A stretch of DNA of 64,000 nt from Deltaproteobacteria bacterium (GCA_019311115.1 JAFDDB010000002.1:25572-89571), one strand, 5' to 3'. Shown: positions 36,350-46,853, counted from the stretch's first letter. Numbers and translations are program-made. Notes: generated by a model not told the origin, from the sequence alone.

Positions 36350-37240
36350 TCACCCCGCTCCCCCGCGCGGGTGCCGGCTCTCGACCAGGGACTGCAGGCG
36401 CTCGCGGCTCACGTGGGTGTAGATCTCGGTCGTACCGATGTCGGCGTGGCCGAGCATCTCCTGCACCACGCGCAGATCCGCCCCGCCCTCGAGCAGGTGC
36501 GTCGCGAACGAGTGGCGCAGCACGTGCGGCGTGATGTGGCCGCGCACTCCCGCCAGCCGCGCGTAGTGACGGATGCGGTACCAGATCGCCTGGCGAGTTA
36601 CCGAGCGCCCGCGATTCGACACGAACACCTCTTCGACCGCGTCACCCTGCACCCAGCGCGGCCGCACCTCTTCGAGGTAGCGCGAGATCCAGTGCACCGC
36701 CGGCTCGCCGAGCGGCGCGATCCTCTGGCGCCGGCCCTTGCCGAAGACGCGGCAGACGAGCGCCGAAAGCTGCAGATCGGAGAGCCGCAGCGTGGTCAAC
36801 TCGGAGACGCGCAGACCGGCGGCGTAGAGCGTCTCGAGCACGGCACGGTCGCGGATGCCGATCGGCTCCTCGCCCGGCGCTTCGATCAGGACGCGCACCT
36901 CGTTCACGCTCAGCACGCGTGGCACCTTCCGCCCGCGCCGCGGCCGGTGCATGTCCGCCATCGGGTCCTCGACCATGGCCCCCTCGCGCCGGAGAAAAGC
37001 GAGCCACTGCGCGATGGCCGACAGCGCCCGGGCCCGCGTCGAGGCGCCGCGGCCGGTGGCTTCGAGCCGCTCCACGTGCTGGCGCAACAGCCGGGCGTCC
37101 ACGGCCGAGACCGCGATGCCCCCGCTCGTCTCGAGCAGCGCCGCGAGGTCGCGCGCGTAGGCCTGGACGGTCGACGCCGCCAGGCCCCGCTCGACGGCCA
37201 GGTGTGAGAGGAACGCGTCGATCGACGCTTCGATCCTCAA
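36350..37240 (-). CDS. xerD: tyrosine recombinase XerC/XerD
   Basis: Integrase core-binding plus catalytic domain with R..HxxR..Y (HVLRHSFATHLLEGGADLRVVQEMLGHADIGTTEIYTHV). TTG start overlaps the glnD stop as TTGA; the rest of listed ORF 36350-39241 is antisense or the glnD frame. Confidence 0.8.
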   Translation of the reverse strand: MRIEASIDAFLSHLAVERGLAASTVQAYARDLAALLETSGGIAVSAVDARLLRQHVERLEATGRGASTRARALSAIAQWLAFLRREGAMVEDPMADMHRPRRGRKVPRVLSVNEVRVLIEAPGEEPIGIRDRAVLETLYAAGLRVSELTTLRLSDLQLSALVCRVFGKGRRQRIAPLGEPAVHWISRYLEEVRPRWVQGDAVEEVFVSNRGRSVTRQAIWYRIRHYARLAGVRGHITPHVLRHSFATHLLEGGADLRVVQEMLGHADIGTTEIYTHVSRERLQSLVESRHPRGGAG

Positions 37241-39933
37241 CCGCCGTCCTGCCGGATGGCGCGGAGCACCGCCTCTTCGACCCTCTTCGAGCGCTCCGGG
37301 TCGGTGAGCTTGTGGCCCCCGTCGGTGACGTAGAAGGCGTCCGTCGCGCGGTTCGCGCGCGTAGACGCGCGCGACAGGACCACGTCCAGGTCGCACTCCG
37401 CCAACGCGCGCGTGATGTCGAAGAGCAGCGCCGGCCGGTCGTTCGTCGCCACCTCGATCACCGTGTACAGGTCCGACTCGCCGTTCAGCACGCGCACGCT
37501 GGGTGGCGCCGAGCGCATGGCGACCGGCGCCGAGCCTGACCTGCGGTCGATCTGTCCCAGCTCGCGGCGTCCTTCGAAGATGTCCACCAGCCGCTCCTCG
37601 ACGCGGTGGCACTCGAACTCGGCCTCTTCCTCGCCACCGGCGATCGGCGCCATCACGTAGATCTCGACCGCCAGCCGGTCCCGCGTCGTGTAGACCTGCG
37701 CCGCCAGGATGTCGTGGCCCAGCACCGTCAGCACACCGGTCACGGTGGAGAAGAGCGCGGGCCGGTCGCGCGTCATGACCACGACGCCCCAGAAGGGCTG
37801 CGCGTCGCTCGAGTCGACGAACGGGACGACGGCCGCCTGCTTGCCCGAGTCCGAGAAGTCGAGCGCAGCTCTCACGTGCACGGCGATCTCGGACGGCAAG
37901 TGGTTCAACAGGTAGCGGCGCGGCATCTGCTCGAGAAAGGCCGCCGCGCGCTGGCCGTCGATGCCCTGCTCCCCGAGCAAGGCGAGAGCCTCGCGCTCGG
38001 CCCGCTCGAAGTTCCGGAGCGCCCGGTCCAGGAAGAACTTCTCGGCGGCGGCGTCCTCGGCGCCCGCCTCCAGCCACTCCGCCCCGTTGCGGTAGAACGC
38101 CTCGAGCAGGCCGGCCTTCCAGGGCGTCCAGGCCTCGGGGGACACGCTGCGGATGTCGGCGACCGTCAGCAGGTACAGGCTGCGCAGCATCTCGCGGGAG
38201 CCGGTCAGGCTGACCAGGCGCATGATCTGGCGCGGGTCGTGAACGTCGCGCTGCTCGGCCATCGCGCTCATCGTCAGGTGGTGGCGCACCAGGAACTCGA
38301 TCACTCGCACGTCCTCGCCGGCCAGGCCGAGGCGCTCGCAGACGGCGGGCACCATGCGTGCACCCTTCTCGGAGTGGCCCCCGCCGCGTCCCTTGCCCAC
38401 GTCGTGCAGCAGACAGCTCAGGAAGAGGTGCAGCGGTGACCGCACTTCGCGTACCAGCTCCGTCGCCAGTGTCAGCTCGTCGCCGAAGCGCCCCTTCTTC
38501 AGCCGCCGAAGCTGTTCGACGAGGAAGAGCGAGTGCACGTCGACGGTATACGTGTGGTACATGTCGTGCTGCCACAGCCCGACGACGCTGCCGAACTCGG
38601 GGATGTAGGCGCCCAGGATCCCGATCTCCGACATCAGCTTCAGCGCGCGGTACACGCGCGTCGGCGAGCACAGGATCCGCTTGAACAGGTCCGCCGCCTC
38701 GGGGTCGCACCGGAACGCATCGTCGATCAGGTGCAGATGCTGGCGCAGCAATCGCTGCGCGCGGCCCGAGATCGCGATGTCGTGGTGCTGCGCGACCGCG
38801 AAGGCGGCCAGCAGCCTTACGGGGCGACCTTCGAGGATTTCGGGGCTCGGGATCTCGAGCCGCCCGTCCACGACGACGAAGCCCTCCTCGACCGGGTAGG
38901 CGGGAATCGAGCGTCCGCGACGCAGCAGCGTCTGCGCGTGGCTCACGACCTGCCGCGAGATGTAGTCGATCGTGCGCGCGTGGCCGTAGTAGTCGCGCAT
39001 GAGCTTCTCGACGGCGAGCGTGTTCCCCTCGTCCTCGTAGCCCAGCCGCTCGACCAGGCGCCTCTGCGCCTCGTAGTGAAGCTGGTCGTCCTTGCGTCCG
39101 CTCCGGTGCAGTTCGTTGCGCGCGCGCCACATGAAGTCGAGCGCCCGCAGCAGCGACTTGCCTTCGTCCGCGTCGATGAAGCCGTGCAGCGGCAGGTGCT
39201 CGGGCTTCCGCACGTTCCACTGCGCGGCTCGCGCGATCCACAGCGCGGTGTGGTAGTCGCGCAGCCCTCCCACGCTCTCGCGCAGGTTCGGCTGCAACAG
39301 GTAGAGCGACTCGTGGTATCTCTCGTGCCTCGCGCGCTGCTCCTCGATCTTGTCCTGGACGAAATCGCGCCGGACCTTGCGCATCTGGCCGCGAACCGCC
39401 TCCTCGTACTCGGCGTACAGCTCCAGGTCGCCGATCAGGAAGCGTGAATCCAAGTACGAGGTCATCGTCGGCACGTCACGCGCGCCCAGCCGCAGGCACT
39501 CGCGGATGGTGCGCGTGGCTGCGCCGACCACGAGGCGCGCGTCCCACAGGCGGTGCGTCAGGGACTCGGCGATCGTCTCGATGTACGGGTTGGTCTTTCC
39601 CCGGTGGATGAAGAGCAGGTCGATGTCCGATCCCAGCGCCAACTCACGCCGCCCGTAGCCGCCGACGGCGGCGATCGCGATGCGGAAGTTCAGCCGCGGG
39701 AAGTGCTCGAAGTAGCGGTCCTCGGCCATCCGGAACAGCTGCCGGATCAGCCGGTCGATCATGGAGGAGTTCCGCTCGTTCACGTACCGGGCTGGCGCGC
39801 CGCTGTCGTGCAACTCGAGCACCCAGGCGCGCGCGTCGTCGAGGTAGGCGCGCACGTGCGGGTTCAGGTGCAAGGAGGACGGCCCCGCCGGGGCGGAGAG
39901 ATCCTTGAAGTAGTCCTCGCAGATCGGCTGCAT
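37237..39933 (-). CDS. glnD: [protein-PII] uridylyltransferase/uridylyl-removing enzyme
   Basis: NTase motif GGYGRRELALGSDIDLLF, HD domain HDVGKG, and two C-terminal ACT domains. Confidence 0.85.
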   Translation of the reverse strand: MQPICEDYFKDLSAPAGPSSLHLNPHVRAYLDDARAWVLELHDSGAPARYVNERNSSMIDRLIRQLFRMAEDRYFEHFPRLNFRIAIAAVGGYGRRELALGSDIDLLFIHRGKTNPYIETIAESLTHRLWDARLVVGAATRTIRECLRLGARDVPTMTSYLDSRFLIGDLELYAEYEEAVRGQMRKVRRDFVQDKIEEQRARHERYHESLYLLQPNLRESVGGLRDYHTALWIARAAQWNVRKPEHLPLHGFIDADEGKSLLRALDFMWRARNELHRSGRKDDQLHYEAQRRLVERLGYEDEGNTLAVEKLMRDYYGHARTIDYISRQVVSHAQTLLRRGRSIPAYPVEEGFVVVDGRLEIPSPEILEGRPVRLLAAFAVAQHHDIAISGRAQRLLRQHLHLIDDAFRCDPEAADLFKRILCSPTRVYRALKLMSEIGILGAYIPEFGSVVGLWQHDMYHTYTVDVHSLFLVEQLRRLKKGRFGDELTLATELVREVRSPLHLFLSCLLHDVGKGRGGGHSEKGARMVPAVCERLGLAGEDVRVIEFLVRHHLTMSAMAEQRDVHDPRQIMRLVSLTGSREMLRSLYLLTVADIRSVSPEAWTPWKAGLLEAFYRNGAEWLEAGAEDAAAEKFFLDRALRNFERAEREALALLGEQGIDGQRAAAFLEQMPRRYLLNHLPSEIAVHVRAALDFSDSGKQAAVVPFVDSSDAQPFWGVVVMTRDRPALFSTVTGVLTVLGHDILAAQVYTTRDRLAVEIYVMAPIAGGEEEAEFECHRVEERLVDIFEGRRELGQIDRRSGSAPVAMRSAPPSVRVLNGESDLYTVIEVATNDRPALLFDITRALAECDLDVVLSRASTRANRATDAFYVTDGGHKLTDPERSKRVEEAVLRAIRQDGG

Positions 39934-39942
39934 CGCGAGAGT

Positions 39943-41100
39943 TTAGCGCCCTGCGACGATGCTGCGGGCGTGGCTGTCGCGATAGCGGAGGATGCCCGCC
40001 GCGATCCCGTCGGAGACGGTGCGCGCGAAGGCGCGGCCGCGCAAGCGCTTGGACTCGGAGCGGTTGGTGACGAAGCCGACCTCCACCAGGATGGCCGGCA
40101 TGTCGGCCTGGAACAGCACCACGAACGGGCCACGCTTCACGCCCAGGTCCCGGGTCTTGCCGTACTTTCCGCGCAGCGATGCCATCAGCCCCGTGTGCAC
40201 CTTCTCGGCCAGGGGCGCCGCGTAACGCTCGCTGTAGGACAAGCGCAGCGACGCCAGGATGCGCTGGAGGTCGTTCAGCTCCGCCACCGTCGTCCCGTTC
40301 TCGCGAGCTGCCACGCGGGCCGTGTTCTTGTCGTAGCGCGTGTCGAGCAGGTACGTCTCCACGCCGTTCGACTTCCGGTTGCGCGAGGCATTCGCGTGGA
40401 TCGAGACGAAGAGATCTCCCTTCCACTGGTTCGCGAGCAGCGTGCGCTTGTCGAGCGGGATGAAGACGTCCTTGTCGCGCGTCAGGTGGACCTCGAGTCC
40501 TTCGGCGCGCAGGCGCTTGGCGAGCTCGCGCGCCACGCGCAGGACCACGTCCTTCTCCCGAAGCCCTCGCGAACCGATGGCGCCCGGGTCCTTGCCGCCG
40601 TGTCCCGGATCGATGACGACGCTGCGCACCGGGCGGCGGTCGAAGGACGCCGGCCCGCGCGCGACCCGAGAGTGTCTCGGGGGCGGCGCGCCGTCGTGGA
40701 AGATGTCGGTGACGATCCGGAACGGGTGCGGCGAGCGGACCTCGAAGGTCTCGCGCACCCGCCCCGGCCGGTCGAGCTCGACGACGACGCGCGCCTTGCG
40801 CAAGGTGTTCTGGCCGCCGCGCACCTTGCGCACCACCTCGGTGCTCGACAGGGCGTGGGGCTCGCCCGCCTCGGGCTCGATCCACGTCTCCTCGATGTCT
40901 ACGTAGTACCGCGGCGGATCCGCGACGAAGCCCGTGTGCCACTCGGCGGAGCGGGACAGGTCGATCACGACGCGCGTGTGCGTGTCGTGCGAGAAGACGC
41001 GCACTCCGGTCACGTCGCCGAGACCCGGGGGACGTTCTCCCGGGGCGAGCAGCGTGAAGGCCACGACGGCGAGCAGCAGCCGGCGCGAGCTGCGGGTCAT
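39943..41100 (-). CDS. N-acetylmuramoyl-L-alanine amidase (AMIN + Amidase_3, AmiC-like)
   Basis: Signal peptide MTRSSRRLLLAVVAFTLLA. AMIN domain, then the Amidase_3 motif VIDPGHGGKDPGA. The ATG overlaps the mutS stop as ATGA. Confidence 0.8.
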   Translation of the reverse strand: MTRSSRRLLLAVVAFTLLAPGERPPGLGDVTGVRVFSHDTHTRVVIDLSRSAEWHTGFVADPPRYYVDIEETWIEPEAGEPHALSSTEVVRKVRGGQNTLRKARVVVELDRPGRVRETFEVRSPHPFRIVTDIFHDGAPPPRHSRVARGPASFDRRPVRSVVIDPGHGGKDPGAIGSRGLREKDVVLRVARELAKRLRAEGLEVHLTRDKDVFIPLDKRTLLANQWKGDLFVSIHANASRNRKSNGVETYLLDTRYDKNTARVAARENGTTVAELNDLQRILASLRLSYSERYAAPLAEKVHTGLMASLRGKYGKTRDLGVKRGPFVVLFQADMPAILVEVGFVTNRSESKRLRGRAFARTVSDGIAAGILRYRDSHARSIVAGR

Positions 41101-43721
41101 GCGTCCTCTCCCGGGTCGTCCCCGCCCGAGGGAGCGTCTCCGCGTGCGAGGCGGCACAGGTGGTCGAGCGCGGCGATGGCCTCGATCGGCGTCATCTGAT
41201 CTGGTACGAGACGGCGAAGCGCCTCGCGTAGTGGGTCGCGAGCCGGCTCGAACAGCGCGAGCTGCTGCGGCGCATCGCCGCTGCTCTCGCGTGCCAGGCG
41301 GGGCTCTCCCCGCTCGTCGAACTCTCCCCCCTCCAGGTTCGCGAGGACCGCCCGTGCGCGGCGGATCACCTCGGGGGGGAGACCCGCGTGCCGTGCGACC
41401 TCGATTCCGTAGCTACGACTGGCGGCTCCGGGCTCCATGCGGCGCAGGAACAGGATCTCGCTCGCGCCTTCCGCCCCACCGGACCCGTCCCCCCCTACGG
41501 AGGTGGACGGAGCACACGTGAAGTGGAAGTTCCTCACCCCTGCGCGGGTCTGGGCCAGATCCGCCAGCTCGTGGTAGTGGGTGGCGAAGAACGTCCGGGG
41601 TCGCAACCCCGGGGTGTCGTGGAGATACTCCACGACGGCCCAGGCGATCGAAAGTCCATCGAAAGTCGAGGTGCCCCGCCCGATCTCGTCGAGCAGCACC
41701 AGGCTGCGGTGCGTCGCCTCGGCCAGGATCACGGCCGTCTCCCGCATCTCGACCATGAAGGTGCTCTCGCCGGTCACGAGCGAGTCCGACGCGCCGACCC
41801 GCGTGAAGATGCGGTCCACGACCCCGACCCGCGCCTGCCGGGCGGGAACCCACGAGCCCATCTGCGCCAGCAGGGCGATCAGCGCGACCTGCCGCAGCAG
41901 GGTCGACTTTCCGGCCATGTTCGGGCCGGTCAGGATCACGAAGCCGGCGTCGTCCCCGTCGAGGTGGACGTCGTTCGGAACGAAGCCCTCCTCGACGTAG
42001 CGCTCCACGACCGGATGGCGGCCCGCGTCGATGTCGAGCGACAGCGACGCGTCGATCTCGGGGCGCGCGAAGTCCTGGGTCCGCGCCACCTCGGCCAGCG
42101 ACTGGAGCGTGTCCAGTTCGGCGATCTCCTCGGCCGTGACGCGCACGCTCTCGCTCGCGTCCGCGACGCTACGGCGCAACTCGCCGAGAACTCGGGCCTC
42201 GACGGCAGCCGCGCTCTCGCGTCCGCGAAGCACGACGCCCTCCCAGCGCTGAAGCTCCTCGGTGGTGAAGCGCTCCGCGTTCGCCGTCGTCTGCTTGCGC
42301 ACGTACTCGTCGGGCACCCGCGCGAGGTGCGGCCGGGTGACCTCGATCGAGTGGCCGAAGACGCGGTTGTAACGCAGCCGCAGCGTGGGGATGCCGAGCC
42401 TCTCGCGCTCGCGCGCCTCGAGCGAGGCGAGGAACGCGTTGCCCTCCTCACCGTCGGCGCGCACCCGGTCGAGCTCGGCATCGACGCCGTCGCGCACGTA
42501 GCCCGTGTGCGGCTCGCCGCGCGGGACGGGAGGTGGGTCGTCGACCAGCGCCCCTTCGAGCGCCGAGCGCAGCTCGTCCAGCGGGTCGGCGAGGGGCGCG
42601 ACCTCGTGCACGGCGACGACTCCCGAGAGCGAGGCGCGCAGTCCGGCGAAGTCGCGCGGGCCCGAGGCCGGCAGACACACGCGCGTCAGGATTCGCTCCA
42701 GGTCGCCGACGGAGCGAAGCGCCTCGGCCAGTGCGCGGCGCCGGCTGTCGGGCTCGATCCACTCCTGGAGGCGGTCCTGGCGAGCCGCGATCTCCTCGAC
42801 GTCGACCAACGGCTCGCCGATCCAGCGCACCAGGCGCCGCCGGCCCATCGGCGTCCGCGTGCGGTCGAGAAGCTCGAGCAGCGTGCCCCTCGTGCCGCCG
42901 TCCTGCAGGTTGGCGACCAGCTCCAGGTGCCGGCGCGTCGAGCGGTCGAGCACCATGCGGTCCAGCGCTACGTAGCGGCGCAGGCGCCGAAGCTGCTCGA
43001 GAGCCTGGGGCTGCAAGGTGGCGACCGCGACCCAGAGTGCGGCCGCCGCGCGCGAGGCGGGGTCGCGCTGCGCCGGCTCCAGCCCCTGGGGCAGCCGGCC
43101 GACCCGGCGCTCGGCGGCGGCCGGGTCGAAGTCGGCATCGGGCGCCTGCCGGCGTGGAAGCGCATCGGCCAGGCCCTTCTCCGCGTCGCGCAGCACCAGC
43201 TCGCGGGGCGAGACCCGGTCGAGCTCGGCCTCGAGCACCGCGCGCTCCGCCGTCTCGGTCGCCGCGAACTCGCCGGTCGAGATGTCGAGGTACGCCAGAC
43301 CGAAGCCCGACTCGTCCGAGAGCACCGCGGCGATGTAGTTGGATGCCGACCCCGGAAGCCGGTCGCCGTTCGCCACCAGCCCGGGGGATACGACCTCGAC
43401 GATCTCGCGCCGCACCAGCCCCTTGGCGAGCTTGGGGTCCTCGACCTGTTCGGCGATCGCCACCGCGCGTCCCGCTTCGAGCAGGCGCCGGATGTAGCCC
43501 TCGGCCGCGTGGTACGGCAGCCCGCACATGGGGACCGGGTTCGGCACGCCCTTGTCGCGCGTCGTCAGGACCAGGTCGAGCAGCGGCGCCGCCGTCTCCG
43601 CGTCCTCGAGAAACAGCTCGTAGAAGTCACCCATGCGGAAGAGCAGCAGCGCTTCGGGCACCTGGGCCTTCAGCCGCAGGTACTGCTGCATCATCGGCGT
43701 GTCCACGCCCTTGGACGGCAT
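41097..43721 (-). CDS. mutS: DNA mismatch repair protein MutS
   Basis: N-terminal TPMMQQYLRLKAQ and Walker A GPNMAGKST. Full-length domains I-V. Confidence 0.9.
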   Translation of the reverse strand: MPSKGVDTPMMQQYLRLKAQVPEALLLFRMGDFYELFLEDAETAAPLLDLVLTTRDKGVPNPVPMCGLPYHAAEGYIRRLLEAGRAVAIAEQVEDPKLAKGLVRREIVEVVSPGLVANGDRLPGSASNYIAAVLSDESGFGLAYLDISTGEFAATETAERAVLEAELDRVSPRELVLRDAEKGLADALPRRQAPDADFDPAAAERRVGRLPQGLEPAQRDPASRAAAALWVAVATLQPQALEQLRRLRRYVALDRMVLDRSTRRHLELVANLQDGGTRGTLLELLDRTRTPMGRRRLVRWIGEPLVDVEEIAARQDRLQEWIEPDSRRRALAEALRSVGDLERILTRVCLPASGPRDFAGLRASLSGVVAVHEVAPLADPLDELRSALEGALVDDPPPVPRGEPHTGYVRDGVDAELDRVRADGEEGNAFLASLEARERERLGIPTLRLRYNRVFGHSIEVTRPHLARVPDEYVRKQTTANAERFTTEELQRWEGVVLRGRESAAAVEARVLGELRRSVADASESVRVTAEEIAELDTLQSLAEVARTQDFARPEIDASLSLDIDAGRHPVVERYVEEGFVPNDVHLDGDDAGFVILTGPNMAGKSTLLRQVALIALLAQMGSWVPARQARVGVVDRIFTRVGASDSLVTGESTFMVEMRETAVILAEATHRSLVLLDEIGRGTSTFDGLSIAWAVVEYLHDTPGLRPRTFFATHYHELADLAQTRAGVRNFHFTCAPSTSVGGDGSGGAEGASEILFLRRMEPGAASRSYGIEVARHAGLPPEVIRRARAVLANLEGGEFDERGEPRLARESSGDAPQQLALFEPARDPLREALRRLVPDQMTPIEAIAALDHLCRLARGDAPSGGDDPGEDA

Positions 43722-43841
43722 CGCCACCCCCCGTCGTCGCGTCCCCGCCGAGTCTAGCGGATCCACCTGCGGGCCCCGGGCGCCGGCCCGCGGCGGCCGG
43801 CGTCGTTGACGACCCCCGGGACGGGTGCCACACTGCCGCAG

Positions 43842-43913
43842 ATGATTCCTCGCGACTTCGCCAGCCCCTATTTCTGGTACGGCTTTACGGCCGGGCGGAG
43901 GGGCTGCGTCTAG
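43842..43913 (+). CDS. putative attenuator leader peptide (23 aa, 6 aromatic codons) for the DAHP synthase gene
   Basis: ATG ATT CCT CGC GAC TTC GCC AGC CCC TAT TTC TGG TAC GGC TTT ACG ... TAG translates to MIPRDFASPYFWYGFTAGRRGCV. A candidate promoter sits upstream (TTGACG at 43806-43811, 17 nt spacer, CACACT). Confidence 0.5.
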   Translation: MIPRDFASPYFWYGFTAGRRGCV

Positions 43914-43942
43914 CGACGACAGGATTCAGAGAGACCCCGACG

Positions 43943-43972
43943 CCCCGAGCCAGACCGCTCGGGGCTTTTTTT
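43943..43972 (+). terminator. intrinsic terminator/attenuator hairpin immediately upstream of the DAHP synthase RBS
   Basis: CCCCGAGC-cagacc-GCTCGGGG followed by CTTTTTTT. It lies 30 nt after the leader ORF stop and 40 nt before the ATG at 44014. Confidence 0.65.
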
Positions 43973-44013
43973 GTCCCTACCTCCGTTCCAGGAGGATCCC
44001 AGGAGAGACCGAA

Positions 44014-45120
44014 ATGAGCTCGCCCATCCCTCTCGAAGCGCCCGGCCGGGCTGCGGCCGCGTCCGCCCTGCCCGCCCCGCCCGGAGGACGGGCCGAAGTC
44101 CTGCCGTCGCCGCTCGAGCTGCAGGCCGCGCTACCCGCGGGCGAGGCGGTTTCGGCGCGCGTGGCGGAGACGCGCCAGGCGATCCGGGACCTGCTCCACG
44201 GGCGCGACCCCAAGCGCCTGCTGGCGGTCGTGGGTCCCTGTTCCATCCACGACCCCAGGGCCGCTCTCGAGTACGCACGCCTGCTCGAGAAGACGGCCCG
44301 CGCCACGCGCGACCAGCTCGTGATCGTGATGCGCACGTACTTCGAGAAGCCGCGCACGAGCGTCGGCTGGAAGGGCTGGATCTACGACCCGCACCTCGAC
44401 GGGTCGGGAGACGTGGCGGCCGGACTGCGCAGCGCCCGCTCGCTGCTGCTCGACGTCAACCAGCTGGGACTGCCGTGCGCCGGCGAGATCCTCGACCCGA
44501 TCTCCTGCCGCTACCTCTCCGACCTGATGAGCTGGGGAGCGATCGGCGCGCGCACGGCCGAGAGCCAGACGCACCGCGAGCTGGCGAGCGGACTGCCCAT
44601 GCCGATCGGCGTGAAGAACCCGACCCACGGCGACCTCGACGTGGCCGTCAACGCCATGCAGGCGGTGGCCGCGCCGCACCCGGTGCTGGGCCTCTCGGAC
44701 TCGGGCGCCGCCGCGGTGTTGCGAACGCCGGGGAACCCCGACGGCAGCCTGGTGTTGCGCGGCTCGGTGCAGCGCCCGAACTTCCACCCGCTCGACGTCG
44801 CGGCGGCGCTGCGCGCGCTGCGCCGGAGTCGAGGAGCAGATCTCGAGCGCCCGCTCCTGGTCGACTGCTCGCACGACAACTCGCGCCAGGACCACCGGCG
44901 GCAAGGCGAGGTCGCGCGCTCCGTGTTCCGGCAGATCCGCGGCGGCCAGCGTGCCATCATGGGCTTCCTCCTCGAAGGGCACCTTCGTCCCGGACGCCAG
45001 CCGCTCGGTGACGGCCGCGCCCTCGAGTACGGGCTGTCGATCACGGACGCCTGCATCGGCTGGCCCGAGACCGAGGCGCTGCTCTTCGAAGCGGCAGAGG
45101 CCGTGGAGCGATCCAGGTGA
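44014..45120 (+). CDS. 3-deoxy-7-phosphoheptulonate (DAHP) synthase, class I alpha (AroG/F/H type)
   Basis: [30 protein letters not shown] and [10 protein letters not shown] match class-I DAHP synthase. Confidence 0.9.
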   Translation: MSSPIPLEAPGRAAAASALPAPPGGRAEVLPSPLELQAALPAGEAVSARVAETRQAIRDLLHGRDPKRLLAVVGPCSIHDPRAALEYARLLEKTARATRDQLVIVMRTYFEKPRTSVGWKGWIYDPHLDGSGDVAAGLRSARSLLLDVNQLGLPCAGEILDPISCRYLSDLMSWGAIGARTAESQTHRELASGLPMPIGVKNPTHGDLDVAVNAMQAVAAPHPVLGLSDSGAAAVLRTPGNPDGSLVLRGSVQRPNFHPLDVAAALRALRRSRGADLERPLLVDCSHDNSRQDHRRQGEVARSVFRQIRGGQRAIMGFLLEGHLRPGRQPLGDGRALEYGLSITDACIGWPETEALLFEAAEAVERSR

Positions 45121-45148
45121 AGATGAAGCCGAGCCGACGAGGTCAGCA

Positions 45149-45634
45149 TTGAGCGAGCGACCGTTCCGCGTACTGGGAATCCAGCAGATCGCCGTCGGCG
45201 CAGCCGACAAGGCCGGCCTCCGCCGGCTCTGGATCGACCTGCTGGGACTCGAGATCACCGGCAACTTCCGCAGCGAAGCCGAGAACGTCGACGAGGACAT
45301 CGCCGCGATCGGCTCGGGTCCGCTGCGCGTCGAGGTCGACCTGATGGAGCCCGTCGATCCCGACGGGCGCCCGCGCGTGAGCGACCCGGCGCTGAACCAC
45401 GTCGGCCTCTGGATCGACGACCTGCCCGCCGCGGTCGAGTGGCTCGGTCAGCAGGGCGTGCGCTTCACGCCCGGCGGTGTCCGCAAAGGCGCCTCGGGGT
45501 TCGACGTCTGCTTCATCCACCCCAAGGGCGGAGGGGACACCCCGATCGGCGGCGAAGGCGTCCTGATCGAACTCGTCCAGGCCCCCCCGGAAGTCATCCA
45601 AGCCTTCCAACGCCTCGCCCAACAAGACGCCTGA
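45149..45634 (+). CDS. VOC (glyoxalase/bleomycin-resistance) family protein
   Basis: The [29 protein letters not shown]-terminal half has a βαβββ VOC layout. The start is a tentative TTG at 45149; the listed ORF 44951-45634 overlaps the aro gene. Confidence 0.5.
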   Translation: MSERPFRVLGIQQIAVGAADKAGLRRLWIDLLGLEITGNFRSEAENVDEDIAAIGSGPLRVEVDLMEPVDPDGRPRVSDPALNHVGLWIDDLPAAVEWLGQQGVRFTPGGVRKGASGFDVCFIHPKGGGDTPIGGEGVLIELVQAPPEVIQAFQRLAQQDA

Positions 45635-45692
45635 GACGAGCGGTCTGGCAGGCCGCTGAACCAGGCGTGGAGACGCCCCGTTCAGCAGCCGC

Positions 45693-46853
45693 CTACTTGG
45701 AGAAGAGTTCGCGGCCGATCAGCATGCGGCGGATCTCGCTGGTGCCGGCGCCGATCTCGTAGAGCTTGGCGTCGCGCAGTAGCCGGCCCGTCGGCGACTC
45801 GTTGATGTAGCCCGTACCTCCGAGCGCCTGGATCGCCTGGAGCGCCACCTGGGTCGCGCGCTCGGACGCGAAGAGGATGCACCCTGCGGCGTCCTGCCGC
45901 GTGGTCTCGCCGCGGTCGCAGGCGGCCGCCACTGCGTACACGTAGGCGCGCGAGGCGGAGAGCGCGGTGTACATGTCGGCGAGCTTCCCCTGCATCAGCT
46001 GGAACTCGCCGATCGGCCGGCCGAACTGCTCGCGCTCCCGCACGTACGGGAGGACGACGTCCAAGCAAGCCTGCATCAGCCCGACCGGACCTGCGGCGAG
46101 GACGACGCGCTCGTAGTCGAGCCCGCTCATCAGCACGCGGACGCCCTCGCCCGGCTTGCCGAGCACGTTCTCGGCCGGGATCCGGCAGTCCTCGAAGACG
46201 AGCTCGCAGGTGTCGGATCCGCGCATGCCGAGCTTGTCGAGCTTCTGCGCCGTCGAGTAGCCGGGAGAGCCGCGCTCGACCAGGAAGGCCGTGATTCCCG
46301 ACGCGCCCGCGTCGGGATCGGTCTTTCCGTACACGACGACGACGTCGGCCTCCGGGCCGTTCGTGATCCACATCTTCGTTCCGGTCAGCCGGTAGGCGTC
46401 GCCGTCCCTCTCGGCGCGGAGCTTCATGCTGACCACGTCCGAGCCGGCGCCGGGCTCGCTCATGGCGAGCGCGCCCACGTGTTCGCCGCTGATCAGCTTC
46501 GGCAGGAAACGGTGGCGCTGCGCGTCGTTGCCGTTGCGGAAGATCTGGTTCACGCACAGGTTCGAGTGCGCGCCATAGCTGAGCCCCACGCTGCCCGAGG
46601 CCCGGGAGAGCTCCTCGACCGCGATGCAGTGCGCCAGGTAGCCCAGTCCCGCTCCGCCGAACTCGTCCGAGACCGTGACCCCGAGCAGTCCCAGCTCTCC
46701 CAGCCGCGGCCAGAGCTCGCGCGGAAAGCGGTTCGTCCGGTCGATCTCGTCGGCGATGGGCGCCACGTGGTCGCGGCTGAAGGCGCGCACCGTCTCGCGC
46801 AGGAGATCGAGTGTCTCCCCGTGACCGAAGCCCAGACCGTCGTCGCCCGCCAT
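45693..46853 (-). CDS. acyl-CoA dehydrogenase (isovaleryl-CoA dehydrogenase-like)
   Basis: Starts at [22 protein letters not shown], which is M45 of the listed ORF. Motifs [11 protein letters not shown] and [13 protein letters not shown] match the ACAD fold. Confidence 0.8.
   Translation of the reverse strand: MAGDDGLGFGHGETLDLLRETVRAFSRDHVAPIADEIDRTNRFPRELWPRLGELGLLGVTVSDEFGGAGLGYLAHCIAVEELSRASGSVGLSYGAHSNLCVNQIFRNGNDAQRHRFLPKLISGEHVGALAMSEPGAGSDVVSMKLRAERDGDAYRLTGTKMWITNGPEADVVVVYGKTDPDAGASGITAFLVERGSPGYSTAQKLDKLGMRGSDTCELVFEDCRIPAENVLGKPGEGVRVLMSGLDYERVVLAAGPVGLMQACLDVVLPYVREREQFGRPIGEFQLMQGKLADMYTALSASRAYVYAVAAACDRGETTRQDAAGCILFASERATQVALQAIQALGGTGYINESPTGRLLRDAKLYEIGAGTSEIRRMLIGRELFSK

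Noticed and set aside
36350-37240. xerD as a sign of an integrated mobile element
   Set aside because: It is a chromosomal XerC/D-type dimer-resolution recombinase embedded in a glnD-xerD-cca housekeeping arrangement. No att-like repeats, phage or IS genes are nearby.
36350-39241. Single 963-aa ORF spanning the xerD and glnD region
   Set aside because: This is a composite. Only the last 296 codons (TTG start at 37240) encode the tyrosine recombinase. The remainder is an alternative frame of glnD.
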